Made by a program: the position numbers and the translations under genes. From the sequence record OQ363659.1: a DNA stretch of 64,000 nt; one strand, 5' to 3'. The notes beneath the pieces were generated by a model. That model was not told where the DNA came from. It saw only the letters and a list, made by a program, of their open reading frames with translations, and made no database searches. Position 1 is the first letter of the stretch. Every line of letters begins with the position of its first letter. Below, in pieces: positions 43,298 to 53,999 of this stretch.

Positions 43298-44040
43298 TAC
43301 TTGAAATCCTTGATGATCGATTTGACGTACGGCGAAGGCTTGAGGGTATTTTGATCCATAGCTTCGCAGCAATTGAATTGGAAATCTACTGCACCCTTGT
43401 CGGTGCCGATCACAACAGTCAGCTTGGAACCAGCGGGCTTGGTATGGATGAAACTGGACAACACAGGTTTCTCGCCGTAGATAGTCGGCCAGAAAGAAAT
43501 GTAACCTTCGAGCTGAGCTTGGATACGTTCAACCAAACTCTCAGGGACGTGATCTTTGATCTCATCCATGACTGCACACAACGTTCGAGGTTCACCACAA
43601 TCTTCGTTGTCTTGACGCCACTTAGGTGCACGATAGACCTGAACGCCAATAGGGCCTTCGATCAACGCTACAGCTTCGTTAACACGTTGGTCACAACGCA
43701 GGCTGCGATAACTGTCCATTACTGCAATATTGCGCAGCCGCAGAGTGAGTTCGTATAGGTGGGCTTCCGAAACAATCCGTTTGGCTAGTGCTTGATGTAT
43801 CATTGATGGGTCAACGACTTCGTCATCAGCAAACCACAATGAGAACAAGTTCAAGCCATGTGTACGAATGAACACACCTTTCATTTTGAAAGCGTTCTGT
43901 GAAACGGTAGCTACCCATGCCGTTTCACCAGCGTTTGCACCACCGAGATGTTCGGCGTTAACCTGACGGATCATGCGTTCAGTCACACCACGATTCATCA
44001 ACTCACGAAAGTCAATCGTGATTGATTCTATGTCTGCCAT
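43297..44040 (-). CDS. early hypothetical protein
   Basis: 247 aa; SD AAGGAG; early promoter 35 nt upstream. Confidence 0.8.
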   Translation of the reverse strand: MADIESITIDFRELMNRGVTERMIRQVNAEHLGGANAGETAWVATVSQNAFKMKGVFIRTHGLNLFSLWFADDEVVDPSMIHQALAKRIVSEAHLYELTLRLRNIAVMDSYRSLRCDQRVNEAVALIEGPIGVQVYRAPKWRQDNEDCGEPRTLCAVMDEIKDHVPESLVERIQAQLEGYISFWPTIYGEKPVLSSFIHTKPAGSKLTVVIGTDKGAVDFQFNCCEAMDQNTLKPSPYVKSIIKDFK

Positions 44041-44075
44041 GCTAGCTCCTTTTTATGGGGTGGTTTATCACAATA

Positions 44076-44095
44076 GTAATATAGATTTGAGATTT
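44076..44095 (-). promoter_or_regulatory. early promoter (TATATTAC core)
   Basis: minus strand AAATCTCAAATCTATATTAC. Confidence 0.8.
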
Positions 44096-44112
44096 CTTGG
44101 AAACGGCATAAA

Positions 44113-44130
44113 GCCTCCCCGAAGGGAGGC
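44113..44130 (-). terminator. hairpin terminator
   Basis: GCCTCCC-TTCG-GGGAGGC then TTTATGCCGT. Confidence 0.8.
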
Positions 44131-44133
44131 GCT

Positions 44134-44553
44134 TTATTCCGCTGGACCCGAAGGTGGGTAAACAGCATACTTACCCTGAGGTGGGTAATGTGGAACCCAT
44201 TTTGGTTCAGGATCTACACCAGTTGCTTCTGGAGCTTTCGGTCCAGTGTACTTATCCCACACAGAACTGTCTAGAAGGGCCTTTGCAGACGTTTTGATGT
44301 ATTGCAGGAGTGAAGCTACGTCTGTCAACACAGTGTCGCCCCAGCCGCGCTTCTGGACGGTCAGGAACTTAGGCGAGCACATGATCTGCCCAGACCATTC
44401 TGCTTCCGATTCAGCTACGTTTACACGCAGACCATCCGGCAGTTGTACCAGATCCGAAGTAAGGAACAAACGACGGATAACTTCGTCAGCGTAAGTTTGT
44501 GGCAGACCCAATGCAGTTGCTACGTCCTGCTTGGTTGTTTCGATTTTGATCAT
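44134..44553 (-). CDS. hypothetical protein
   Basis: 139 aa; SD GAGG. Confidence 0.7.
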   Translation of the reverse strand: MIKIETTKQDVATALGLPQTYADEVIRRLFLTSDLVQLPDGLRVNVAESEAEWSGQIMCSPKFLTVQKRGWGDTVLTDVASLLQYIKTSAKALLDSSVWDKYTGPKAPEATGVDPEPKWVPHYPPQGKYAVYPPSGPAE

Positions 44554-44555
44554 GA

Positions 44556-45323
44556 TTACCTCGTGAAAATTTCGTGGTATTGGTCAAGCTCTTTATCCAG
44601 CAATGCAACTTCCTGGAAGGTTAACTTGATACGTGTATGTGTGTCACTGTTCCGATAAGCATAGCCTTCGAGAACAATCGCCCGATAGTCCTTAACGATG
44701 TTCCGTTCGACATGGTTAAACACCACACCGAGTTTGATCAACCGTCGTACCAGTCGTGCAATAGCTCGACCCGCTTCACCTGGAATGTTACCGATGTAAT
44801 CCCAAATGTCAGTACGAGGTTCACCAGGGAATACACCAGCACCGGGATAACCACGGAAGTCAAGTTGGAAAGGTACTACCCCAACATCGCCAACAATTGG
44901 TCGCCAAACGCGATAACCGTCCGGAGTTTCCTCCAGTCGGTAATGAGCCTGTGGATATTCTTCTTCCAAGGCCTCTAGATGATCGTCTAACGCACGACGA
45001 ACACCTGCGTTGTACCGTAGGGCTGATTCGTTGTAATCACGCTCAAACGCGTGCTCAGCGCTTTCCTTAGTAAACTCTTTACGAACAGACCATTCATACC
45101 GCTCACCATTCGCTTTGTCGAAAATAGTGAAGTAGTACGTCATTGCATCCGATAGTTGGAATTGCACATCGAAGCGACCAATGTCACAACGGGGCCACTG
45201 ACTACGCAACCGACGCAGTGCGTCAATACGGTTCAGCATATTTTGATAGATGTCACATGGATTGCCAAACACACTCAAATCGATCGTCGTATTTGGTGCT
45301 GGCTTCTCACAACGCTTGTACAT
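44556..45323 (-). CDS. hypothetical protein
   Basis: 255 aa; SD GGAG. Confidence 0.75.
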   Translation of the reverse strand: MYKRCEKPAPNTTIDLSVFGNPCDIYQNMLNRIDALRRLRSQWPRCDIGRFDVQFQLSDAMTYYFTIFDKANGERYEWSVRKEFTKESAEHAFERDYNESALRYNAGVRRALDDHLEALEEEYPQAHYRLEETPDGYRVWRPIVGDVGVVPFQLDFRGYPGAGVFPGEPRTDIWDYIGNIPGEAGRAIARLVRRLIKLGVVFNHVERNIVKDYRAIVLEGYAYRNSDTHTRIKLTFQEVALLDKELDQYHEIFTR

Positions 45324-45376
45324 TGCGTCACTCCGTTTCGTTAACTACAGAGGATAAAAGAAAAACGGCATAGACG

Positions 45377-45392
45377 GGGACCCGAAGGTCCC
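45377..45392 (-). terminator. hairpin terminator
   Basis: GGGACC-TTCG-GGTCCC then ...CTATGCCGTTTTTCTTTT. Confidence 0.75.
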
Positions 45393-45400
45393 CGAATATT

Positions 45401-46306
45401 TTACGCCTTGAAGTCCAAGGAGTAGTGTTTTGCTTTCTGTGCGTTGTACATCGAAACAGCAACAGTAGGTTCACGACGATAATCGCCATGGCCCAGATGT
45501 ACCGAGTAGATGTTCACGTCACCACCCAAGCTGTTCAGCTGTCGGATGATTTCCTTCAGGGCAGCCAGTACCAGAGGACGACGAGCTTCACCGATGTGCT
45601 CGACCACCATTTCTGGTTCGATGCGATCCACGTTGGCTTTCTCTTCTGGATCAAGGTTACGAACCGAGATGCCAGTCAGGTGGACCCACTTGCCATTTTC
45701 CAGTACGGTCAGACCAGTGTTGGAGTAACCACGACCATTGCTGTCGATATCGGTCAGAGCAGTAGCGAAACCACCGCCCAGGATATAACGAACAGGCAGT
45801 TCGAGTTTCAGTTCGCTCTTGGCTTCTTCGATAGGACGAGCGTCGAGTTCTACGGTCAGCATGCCATTGGTCATGACGACGCGAATGGTTGGATCTTCAG
45901 CAGCTTCGATAGACAGGCTGTATGATACTGGGATGAAGCAGTTCGCAGTCAGCTTCTCGATGATCGAGGCAAAGCCCGAAGCGATGACACGGCCCAGATC
46001 AGTTTGTGCCACGGCCAGAGAAGTAACCAGCACGCCACGAACTTGATCGATGGTCAGTGGGACTTCGCCATCACGTTTTTCGTGGAAGCCACCGAAGCCA
46101 TAGCTGCGTTGGTGAGCACCGCCAGGTTGGATACACACACGGCCACGTACAACACCATACTTGGTAGTGATGCGGTTGATTTGGGTGTCAGTGCCATAAC
46201 GGCCATTTGTATCATCATGCCAGTCGGTGAGGGTCAGACCCGTTTCACCATCCAGCACCAGGGATTCGTTGATCAGTTTTTTCAGAGCATCAGTGTTGTT
46301 ACACAT
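45401..46306 (-). CDS. hypothetical protein
   Basis: 301 aa; high-expression codon usage; SD AAGGA. Confidence 0.8.
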   Translation of the reverse strand: MCNNTDALKKLINESLVLDGETGLTLTDWHDDTNGRYGTDTQINRITTKYGVVRGRVCIQPGGAHQRSYGFGGFHEKRDGEVPLTIDQVRGVLVTSLAVAQTDLGRVIASGFASIIEKLTANCFIPVSYSLSIEAAEDPTIRVVMTNGMLTVELDARPIEEAKSELKLELPVRYILGGGFATALTDIDSNGRGYSNTGLTVLENGKWVHLTGISVRNLDPEEKANVDRIEPEMVVEHIGEARRPLVLAALKEIIRQLNSLGGDVNIYSVHLGHGDYRREPTVAVSMYNAQKAKHYSLDFKA

Positions 46307-46330
46307 CAGAAAGCGTTCCTTGTTAGAGGG

Positions 46331-46350
46331 ATGTAATGCATTACATACTA
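46331..46350 (-). promoter_or_regulatory. 16-bp palindrome ATGTAATGCATTACAT overlapping a TAGTATGTAA motif
   Basis: perfect palindrome at 46331-46346; 10-mer shared with the phuZ upstream region. Confidence 0.5.
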
Positions 46351-46366
46351 GTTGTTGGTGAGTAGA

Positions 46367-46696
46367 TTAACCCTGCTGATCTTCCGTGCGGGGTTTGCGT
46401 GGAGGGAACTTCACACCTCTCGACAACAGTGCCATCATTTTGCCAGAGACCAGTGGGTGGTCATCTGGCTCTTGCAGCTTAATATCGACAGCCCCTCGTG
46501 GGTATGCACCCAAGATATCGATATTTTCTACGCGCGGAAGAAAATGGTCTCCAGCCATGAGAATTCGTTTAGCCAACGACTTGCCATAATTGCCACCGCC
46601 AACGATTACAACATCGTGGCCTAGTTTCTTGCATGCATCTTCAGCAGCTTTGATGAAAGCATCTTCATCGGGTTGTTCCAAACTGAGGTGGTCCAT
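46367..46696 (-). CDS. early hypothetical protein
   Basis: start revised to ATG 46696 (SD GGAG), downstream of the promoter at 46722; 109 aa. Confidence 0.65.
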   Translation of the reverse strand: MDHLSLEQPDEDAFIKAAEDACKKLGHDVVIVGGGNYGKSLAKRILMAGDHFLPRVENIDILGAYPRGAVDIKLQEPDDHPLVSGKMMALLSRGVKFPPRKPRTEDQQG

Positions 46697-46721
46697 TTCT
46701 TTCTCCATGTTAAGCACGTTA

Positions 46722-46741
46722 GTAATATAGATCTGTGATTC
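46722..46741 (-). promoter_or_regulatory. early promoter (TATATTAC core)
   Basis: minus strand GAATCACAGATCTATATTAC. Confidence 0.75.
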
Positions 46742-46776
46742 AATGCAGTCCAATTGTTTGTATAAGGAGACTACCA

Positions 46777-48024
46777 ATGCACGAAACTACCACTATTGTC
46801 GATCTGCTTGAAAAGCATTTTGCAGACGTCCAACTCGATCGCGCTTTCTGTATGCGGGTCATCAATTTCGTAACACGGTTCATGAACAAGAACCAAGATC
46901 ACTCAGCTTTCTTCGGTGGTGCTCTGTTAGGCGTTAACCCAATCCGCTGGCATCCTACCGATCGTGAACAGTGGTACGATGAAGTCCTTCGTGTAAACGA
47001 TGACTTATTGCAGTATGATTTCCTCAAGCTTGACGTGATCGATCCATCGCACAACGTTAACTCGGATTCATTCAACCACATCCCTGCTTTCCTTTGCCGT
47101 AAGCTGATGATGAACACACAGCTCCCAGGTAACTTGCGTGATGAAACAATGATCGCATTGTTTACATTACTGCATATCAAATACCTAACCTCGCTGTTAT
47201 CCCGTCGCTTCCAATATCCGGCTAAGCGGGAAGTGGCAGAAGCTACATTCATGTCGCTGAACTACAAATGGGACATTCGTCGTTTGGGGTCATGGCACGC
47301 ACTGATCCGTGACCGTTGCTTGTCGATCATCGGTCCAGAAACGAACTACACTGACCACATCTTTGGTCCCAAAGGTTCGCTGACTGATTACTGGTCTACT
47401 CGTATCGTGACTGACACCCAGTCTCGTATCCGGGAAGTGATCAACAAGATCTATTCGGTTTACATCCAGGTCCTCAAAGAAGGTGGTCGTGTCATTACCA
47501 CTTCTGAGATGGGGATGTCTACTGACGGAGAAGCATTCCTCAAAGACAAAGTGAATGGGTTCGGTTCTTATCTTCGCTACGGCAAAGAAGTTGTAACCAA
47601 CGAAGCAAACTTCATTCGTCCTGAGCTGTTGGGTATTATCGAACGGGCCATGGTTGATTCCATGCCGTCGGAACCATTTGAGAACACACTCAAATACATT
47701 TGTCGAAACGTAGCCCAACCACGAATGGGACACATTGACAAGATGTTTGAAGAATGTTTGCTCTACGTGTTTGACCAGATGCAATCTGAGCGTACACAGA
47801 TCCAACGTTCGAATGACTTAGAGGGATTGATCTTGAAGGTCCGCTCTAAGTTAATGGCTTCTCGTTCGAGTGACCCTCGCGTGTTGTATCTGCGCGAAGT
47901 CGGCGAGAAGATCGTAGCTGATGCTACGGGTGTTCGTAACAAAGCCGTACTGGCCGCAACTCGTACCGGTATCATGCTTTACATCACGCTCCGAGTTCTG
48001 ACCAAGAACCACTACGCACGATAA
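46777..48024 (+). CDS. conserved core protein, probably virion-associated (phiKZ gp32 position)
   Basis: start revised to ATG 46777 (SD AAGGAG), 415 aa; synteny next to the tube/sheath genes. Confidence 0.75.
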   Translation: MHETTTIVDLLEKHFADVQLDRAFCMRVINFVTRFMNKNQDHSAFFGGALLGVNPIRWHPTDREQWYDEVLRVNDDLLQYDFLKLDVIDPSHNVNSDSFNHIPAFLCRKLMMNTQLPGNLRDETMIALFTLLHIKYLTSLLSRRFQYPAKREVAEATFMSLNYKWDIRRLGSWHALIRDRCLSIIGPETNYTDHIFGPKGSLTDYWSTRIVTDTQSRIREVINKIYSVYIQVLKEGGRVITTSEMGMSTDGEAFLKDKVNGFGSYLRYGKEVVTNEANFIRPELLGIIERAMVDSMPSEPFENTLKYICRNVAQPRMGHIDKMFEECLLYVFDQMQSERTQIQRSNDLEGLILKVRSKLMASRSSDPRVLYLREVGEKIVADATGVRNKAVLAATRTGIMLYITLRVLTKNHYAR

Positions 48025-48041
48025 AAAAAAATACAGCATAA

Positions 48042-48061
48042 GGCTCTCCCGAAGGAGAGCC
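48042..48061. terminator. bidirectional hairpin terminator
   Basis: GGCTCTCC-CGAA-GGAGAGCC; TTATGYYGT exits on both strands; A-tract on the left. Confidence 0.85.
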
Positions 48062-48070
48062 GTTATGTCG

Positions 48071-48412
48071 TTAGATATCTCTCACTACGGGAGCACCGAG
48101 GTCAGCTGCAACATCGACCATCAGGCTTTGCACGTAAGGCTTGTAATCGTTGAACTGAGCAACAGTCAGATTGAGCTTGGTCAGAACTGCGTCATCGAAG
48201 ACAACAGTCCAACCAGCCCCATCCAACACCTTATCGTGTTCGGCTTTCGTTACGGCGTCCCAGCACGCGCTAGCGTCGCATTGAACCAGAGTGGATGACA
48301 TGAAGATTTCATGCAAGACATCCGGGTTGATGTCTGGATGTTTGATCTCTTCAGCTTGTGCAACAAAGCTAAAAGCAAGAACAGCAGACAATGCGAGGCT
48401 AGCGAGTTTCAT
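48071..48412 (-). CDS. secreted/periplasmic protein
   Basis: 113 aa; signal peptide MKLASLALSAVLAFSFVAQA|EE; two Cys (CDASAC). Confidence 0.75.
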   Translation of the reverse strand: MKLASLALSAVLAFSFVAQAEEIKHPDINPDVLHEIFMSSTLVQCDASACWDAVTKAEHDKVLDGAGWTVVFDDAVLTKLNLTVAQFNDYKPYVQSLMVDVAADLGAPVVRDI

Positions 48413-48416
48413 GTAG

Positions 48417-49613
48417 TTATCCTTCTACTTTGAGATTGAGTTGTTGGAGTGTTTGAATCAGTTGAACGAATTCAGCGAACGAACCACGATAACCGCGATC
48501 ACGGGCAACGTTGTATGCATCCAAATATGGACGAGCTGTGGCCGGATCGAGACCCAGGTCTTTCAGGTGTTCGAATTCGAAGAAGTAGTTGACTTGGTTT
48601 TCAACGTGTTGCACGTACAGCGCGTGGGCACTTTCGAGTTGTGCAGGCAGAGACGTCAACATGGTTGGGTTCTTGCGGATACGATCAGCTACATCAGCAT
48701 CCATGGTAACGAGTTCGTTACCACGAGTGTGAGTGATCTCACCGATGAACTGGCCGTTGAACACGTAACCCAGCTTGATGCCTTTGGTATCGTATTCTAC
48801 TTTCGAGCCACCACTGGTAACAACACTGTGACCGAACTCGAAACGATCGCGATTGAAACGAACAGCTTGAGTCAGGCGGTTGGCACCTTGGGTGATCATT
48901 TGGTCAGCAACAGACCAGGTCTTCTCCAGCATCTTACCGAAGTAATGATGGACTTCACGGTACTCTTTACGGATGTCCAATACCACTGGACGGAAGCGGT
49001 CGATCAACGATACGATGTTTTCGTTGACGTCAGTGCTCATCACGTAACCCATGCCGAAATGCATACGCTTGTGGGTAACGTGAACGACCAGCATGTTGTA
49101 TGCGTCGTACAGTGCGTAACCATCGCCACGCTCACGGATATAGCAGTAGTCACCAGCATGCATGTCTTCGTTGGATAGCTTACCGCAGGAAAGCAGTAGG
49201 CCGTGGAAGTCGCTAACCTTACGACGAATCGCCGAAGTGGTCATGGTGTCGTAGGTGTACTGGGATTGACCCGATACATCTTGGAACAGGTTGTCGAGCA
49301 GCGAAGCGATAGCCATACCAAGTGGAGTTTCACCACGAACTTGATGTGGGAGGATCTGGTAGAATAATACCGTATCCAACTCGATTTGTTTGGTAGTCGG
49401 GTGGAACGAGAAAACAACTTTGCCATTGTGAACCAGCTCCAGCTTGTAGCTGTCTGCTTCGACAAAACGTGCAACCATGTTTGCAACAGAAGTCAGGTGC
49501 TCACCCGTAGCGTAAGCGCGGATCTTGTACAGCTGCCAGATTTGCAGGCGCAGGATGTACAGCTCGTCACGGGTAAAGGAATTGGTGAACATTACGGTTG
49601 GATTGATTTTCAT
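48417..49613 (-). CDS. early hypothetical protein with C-terminal AYxxAxxxGYRGSxxEF module
   Basis: start revised to ATG 49613, downstream of the promoter at 49645; 398 aa. Confidence 0.75.
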   Translation of the reverse strand: MKINPTVMFTNSFTRDELYILRLQIWQLYKIRAYATGEHLTSVANMVARFVEADSYKLELVHNGKVVFSFHPTTKQIELDTVLFYQILPHQVRGETPLGMAIASLLDNLFQDVSGQSQYTYDTMTTSAIRRKVSDFHGLLLSCGKLSNEDMHAGDYCYIRERGDGYALYDAYNMLVVHVTHKRMHFGMGYVMSTDVNENIVSLIDRFRPVVLDIRKEYREVHHYFGKMLEKTWSVADQMITQGANRLTQAVRFNRDRFEFGHSVVTSGGSKVEYDTKGIKLGYVFNGQFIGEITHTRGNELVTMDADVADRIRKNPTMLTSLPAQLESAHALYVQHVENQVNYFFEFEHLKDLGLDPATARPYLDAYNVARDRGYRGSFAEFVQLIQTLQQLNLKVEG

Positions 49614-49644
49614 GCAGCGTCCATTTGGTTGGTTTATCAAAGTA

Positions 49645-49664
49645 GTAATATAGATTTGTAATTT
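49645..49664 (-). promoter_or_regulatory. early promoter (TATATTAC core)
   Basis: minus strand AAATTACAAATCTATATTAC; 29 nt nearly identical to the 44061 site. Confidence 0.8.
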
Positions 49665-49689
49665 GTTGCATTGCACGAAACGACATAAA

Positions 49690-49707
49690 GCCTCCCCGAA
49701 GGGAGGC
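49690..49707 (-). terminator. terminator of the sheath-tube operon
   Basis: GCCTCCC-TTCG-GGGAGGC then TTTATGTCGT. Confidence 0.8.
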
Positions 49708-49718
49708 GATATGCCATG

Positions 49719-49910
49719 CTACGCCTTGGGAGCGGTTGAACTGGTTTGACCTTTAGCTTCACGACGCATCGCAGCAGCGGCTGCTAGATCATCCGCAAAG
49801 CCAAAACCAGCGTTCGCTTCGTCAACACCGATAAACGATGCAAACGTTTTCTTTTCAGCTTGTGCCTTTTGACCCGTTGGGGTTGTTGGCACTACGGAGC
49901 TAGTAGCCAT
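49719..49910 (-). CDS. small Ala-rich protein after the tail tube
   Basis: 63 aa; strong SD AAGGAG. Confidence 0.65.
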   Translation of the reverse strand: MATSSVVPTTPTGQKAQAEKKTFASFIGVDEANAGFGFADDLAAAAAMRREAKGQTSSTAPKA

Positions 49911-49921
49911 CGCGATACTCC

Positions 49922-50791
49922 TTAGGCGATACCGATACGGTTGTTAGCACCTTCAGCAAGCTGATCAGTGATACCGTTACGTTGACCCAGTACGTCAGCA
50001 GAGATCTTCTCCTGCCACATTTGCATGTCGTTCGGGTTCAGACCACTCAGGTCCATCGACTGAAGGATCTCACGAGCGTACATCTTAACGCCAGCGGAGG
50101 TATCGGTCAGTGCGGTGAATTCGATAGTCAGTTCCAGGTTCTGGCCGATCTGCGAAACGTCTTTACGGTTCGACCAATCACCAGTGGTGGTTGGCTGCAT
50201 GTTAGTGCACAGGTAGGCAGACACAACGTCCTGCATGGTAGGATCTGGTTCGATGAACAGTACAGTGCAACCAGCGAAGGTTTGGTTGTAATGCTCAGGA
50301 CGAACCATACCGTCAGAAACGATCAGCGGTACTTTGGTGTTCGGATCACCCAGGCCATACAGAATCCACCATTCCAGGAAGTGCTGGATGGTACGACCTT
50401 GTAGTTCCCACGCACCCAATGAAGGACGCGAAGTAGCACGGGTTACGTTCGAGACAGCCGAGATGACTTCACCAGCACCACCTACTGGCGCGTCAGCGAA
50501 CTCAGCAGTAACAGTACGGTTCAGACCATCGATAGTCCGACAGTGTTTCTCGATCAATGCTTTCAGAGAAGCGATCAATTGATTTTGGTTGGCCGCATAC
50601 CGGAAGAAGCGTGGAGCTTCCAACAGAATTGCGATCAGGTTACGAGACACGTACGGGGTGTTCGCAGCCAGGTTAGCCAAGTCCGGAGCCAGGACAAACG
50701 TACCGGCCTGAGCCAGGTTCATCATGTTCTCAGAAGCGTTGGCACCGTAGCCCGAACGTGGAGCGTACGGGTTGGAATAGCGCTTTGCCAT
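49922..50791 (-). CDS. tail tube protein (phiKZ gp30-like)
   Basis: 289 aa directly after the sheath; EPDPT...AYLCTNMQP motif typical of this family. Confidence 0.82.
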   Translation of the reverse strand: MAKRYSNPYAPRSGYGANASENMMNLAQAGTFVLAPDLANLAANTPYVSRNLIAILLEAPRFFRYAANQNQLIASLKALIEKHCRTIDGLNRTVTAEFADAPVGGAGEVISAVSNVTRATSRPSLGAWELQGRTIQHFLEWWILYGLGDPNTKVPLIVSDGMVRPEHYNQTFAGCTVLFIEPDPTMQDVVSAYLCTNMQPTTTGDWSNRKDVSQIGQNLELTIEFTALTDTSAGVKMYAREILQSMDLSGLNPNDMQMWQEKISADVLGQRNGITDQLAEGANNRIGIA

Positions 50792-50828
50792 TTTGTGGAC
50801 CTCTTGCTAAATAGGGTCAACCCGAGGC

Positions 50829-52925
50829 TTACGCCTCGGTGTTGGCTTCCCGACGGATAGTAGTCAGGTTGAAGTTCAGAGTGGTGTGCGGGTTGTTGGC
50901 CGCAACAGTCACTTCACAGCTCCAGCTGGTACCGTTGTTTTCGTCAATGGCAGAGATGTACGAACGTGGGATGACGTCAACGCGATCGCCGTAGCGCTCA
51001 CGGGTCAGTTCCAGAATTCGTTCATCGGTACGCTCGATCAGCTGTTCTTTCGACAGGTAAGCGTTACCAGAGAAGTCCGCGTGAACTTTGTGGATCAGAC
51101 GGATCAGGTCGCAGCAGATGTTAACTGTGATCGGCGACAGCAATACCGAGGTATCGTCTTTGTACACCGAACGCAGGCATGGGTAGTACTGGGAACGCTG
51201 GTCGTACGATTGCGACCAAGTTGCACCATTCGCCCACAGCTGGTTACGAGTACGTTCGCTGAAGAACTTAACGTTCTGATCTTTAACCAGAGTTACCCGG
51301 TTGTTTGGCGAAACGTCCATCTCGAAGCCTTCGCGCAGGATACCCGTACCTTGACCAGCGTAACGAGCCCACTTGACACCGATGTCCAGCAGCTGAGGTA
51401 CATACTTCGGCAGACCATTACCACCACCGATCAGCTTACCAGTTTGCAGGGCAATCATCGCACGGCAGACCGGAGTACCGAACAGAGTCGATTCTGGGTA
51501 AGCCTGTAGACGAGTGATCAGGGCCTGGCAACGAGAAGCTTCTTCGGAAGCAGACAGCAGTCGCGATTCACCATCAACGAAGGTAGTGAAGAAGTACTGT
51601 ACGTCTTTACGAGCGGCCAGGACTTGGATTGCACGGAACTTCGATTCCATCGGCAGACCGGTATCGTACAGAACACCGAACTGGTAGTGTGCGATGTTTT
51701 CGTACTGGTCGTTACCCAGCTTACCGAAGTTGGTGTTCTCGATGTCTACAAGCTTGTTGTATTCGTCGAGGCTGGTAGTGCCGTCACTACCGCCAGTGGC
51801 GTAGATAGTGGCATTCTTGCCCAGCGTTACACCGCCACCCATTGCGCCTTCCAGCTGGATGGATTGGTACGGATCGCCATCTTCACCCAACATAGTCAGG
51901 AAGTCGATTTGCGACGAGCTGGTAACAGTACCGGCAATAGCAGGGTTCACCAGTTCTTCGGCAGCCTGGATCAGGTCTTGAACCAGCTTGACGTTGTCAT
52001 GGTAAACATAGATCTGCGAGAACGGGGAGTACAGAACCGACAGACCGGATTCGAAACCGTCGTCAGCATACTTATCGATCAGTACGTCGTCGATAGTGTA
52101 GTCCATGTTCATGCTATCGGAATAAACACCCTGGTCGAAAGATACGTTAACGAAATCTTCGTCAGCAGCAGTTTTCACGATAACTGGGGTGTTGCCCACA
52201 ACTGGCAGTTCCACGAATTGAACGCGGTACATACGAGTTTTGAAACGCTCCGCAGTGGCCTCATCGAAACCATCCGGGTCAGCGGTGTGAGTACACCAGA
52301 TTCGCATACCCAGGTTGTTACCTTGAGCACCGAAGAACGAGGCAGGCAGTTCGAACAGCGGATAAACAGTGGACTGCGAGTTGTCGATGGTCGAAACCAT
52401 TTCACCTGGCAGGATACGCTGGGTACCAACTTCAGAACTGTTGTCACGAATCAGGATGACACGTGCACGGTAACCTTCGACTTGAGTGTCAGCAGCTGCG
52501 ACTGGGTTAGCCGACAAATCACTGACAGCATCCGGGTAGTTGAAGCCACCCAGTTGTTGAATGGTCTGATCGACATAATCGTGCACCATCTCTAGTGCGA
52601 CGATAATACGAGCTGGGTTACCTGCGTCTTCTGGAGTCAGACGCTTCACGTAGAAGCCGTTACCTTCGCTGAGGAACTGGAGAGCCAGAAGGGATTGCTG
52701 GTTGAAATACTTACTGCGTGGAGCCAGAGTATTCTCACCGTAGATTGTAGCGAAACCACCTTCATCGTTACCGACATAAGTAGTATCAGTTGGGCCGGTC
52801 TCACAGAAGAGACGCAGCAAAGGAGTGTGCTGAGCAAACGTCACAGGCGGACGTTGGAAAGCCCGACGACTCAAGTCCCGGATACCATTAAAAGTAACCT
52901 TAGGGACAGCGTTGGTGTATGACAT
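50829..52925 (-). CDS. contractile tail sheath protein (phiKZ gp29-like)
   Basis: start revised to ATG 52925 (SD GGGAG), 698 aa; GGSDG and LYDTG sheath motifs; synteny. Confidence 0.88.
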   Translation of the reverse strand: MSYTNAVPKVTFNGIRDLSRRAFQRPPVTFAQHTPLLRLFCETGPTDTTYVGNDEGGFATIYGENTLAPRSKYFNQQSLLALQFLSEGNGFYVKRLTPEDAGNPARIIVALEMVHDYVDQTIQQLGGFNYPDAVSDLSANPVAAADTQVEGYRARVILIRDNSSEVGTQRILPGEMVSTIDNSQSTVYPLFELPASFFGAQGNNLGMRIWCTHTADPDGFDEATAERFKTRMYRVQFVELPVVGNTPVIVKTAADEDFVNVSFDQGVYSDSMNMDYTIDDVLIDKYADDGFESGLSVLYSPFSQIYVYHDNVKLVQDLIQAAEELVNPAIAGTVTSSSQIDFLTMLGEDGDPYQSIQLEGAMGGGVTLGKNATIYATGGSDGTTSLDEYNKLVDIENTNFGKLGNDQYENIAHYQFGVLYDTGLPMESKFRAIQVLAARKDVQYFFTTFVDGESRLLSASEEASRCQALITRLQAYPESTLFGTPVCRAMIALQTGKLIGGGNGLPKYVPQLLDIGVKWARYAGQGTGILREGFEMDVSPNNRVTLVKDQNVKFFSERTRNQLWANGATWSQSYDQRSQYYPCLRSVYKDDTSVLLSPITVNICCDLIRLIHKVHADFSGNAYLSKEQLIERTDERILELTRERYGDRVDVIPRSYISAIDENNGTSWSCEVTVAANNPHTTLNFNLTTIRREANTEA

Positions 52926-53051
52926 CTTTATTTCTCCCAAGTATGGAGCATTTTGAACTCGATGTTATGAGTGTAAACTAACGGTCAATCATAGATATTA
53001 ATTAAGATTGACCTACGAAGTTATTTTTTACCCCCTAAAAGGAGATACGGA

Positions 53052-53987
53052 ATGGTCATCATGCCATACGAAACGACTCTCGGTCGTCTTAGCAAACCTG
53101 ACGAATATGTACGTGCAGCGCGCAAAGCCGAGATCGAATTAGCCTTGCCACCAATGGCAACCGTCAACAACGAACAACTCAGTGACACTGCTTACGTGAC
53201 TCCCCGCGAGGAACACGATGACATTCCGAACTTTGCCCACATCATCAATCTCGGTGACGAACGCAGCCCACGCTTAGTGGTGGACGGTCGTCAGTATATG
53301 CGTTACGATGAACGCACTGGTGTAACACGACTGATTGCCGCAAACGATTGGCAACTGCAATGCGTGCGAGTAGCCCTGACTCACAAACTGTTGGAGCAAG
53401 GTCCCCACGCATTCTCTCGCCTCACCGACTTCCCAGCCAAAGTTTTCATGGACTGGGTTACCGGCACACTGGTACAGCGTTACACACTGCGTCCTGAATC
53501 TGAAATGGCTCTGCGTGTTATTTCGGCTCTGTATTACCAAGCCATGTTGTCGCCAGAACTCCGTGAACCTGGTCACGATCGCGTTCGTTTTGCAACGATC
53601 CTTAATCGCATCACCATGGTGCCGATTGACTTCATTCTGAATCTCGTTGATCCAGACATGCAGAACACTATTGGTTCGCTGAACAACGCTAACGACCTGG
53701 CCAAAGAGCTGAGCACGAAAGCCCGTACCCTGAGCATGGGTGAACTGAAGTTCGCCGACTTGCACGTCCTATTAAAGGCATCGTGGTATGGTACTAACGC
53801 ATCGGATAACGTCGGTATGGCACTAGAACACCTACCGACTTGGATTGCCATTCTTTACACGGCAGTCTCCGATCGCTCATACCGTAAATCTAAAATCACA
53901 GAGCGTGCCGAGCGTGTTGGCCGCCCTAATGATATTCGCAACTTCATTGACCTCGTCGGTCGAGCAGTTACAGAAGAATTCGTCTAA
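53052..53987 (+). CDS. virion structural protein (phiKZ gp28 position)
   Basis: 311 aa; SD AAGGAG; first gene of the divergent late operon ending in the terminase. Confidence 0.75.
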   Translation: MVIMPYETTLGRLSKPDEYVRAARKAEIELALPPMATVNNEQLSDTAYVTPREEHDDIPNFAHIINLGDERSPRLVVDGRQYMRYDERTGVTRLIAANDWQLQCVRVALTHKLLEQGPHAFSRLTDFPAKVFMDWVTGTLVQRYTLRPESEMALRVISALYYQAMLSPELREPGHDRVRFATILNRITMVPIDFILNLVDPDMQNTIGSLNNANDLAKELSTKARTLSMGELKFADLHVLLKASWYGTNASDNVGMALEHLPTWIAILYTAVSDRSYRKSKITERAERVGRPNDIRNFIDLVGRAVTEEFV

Positions 53988-53999
53988 CAGGGGACAACA

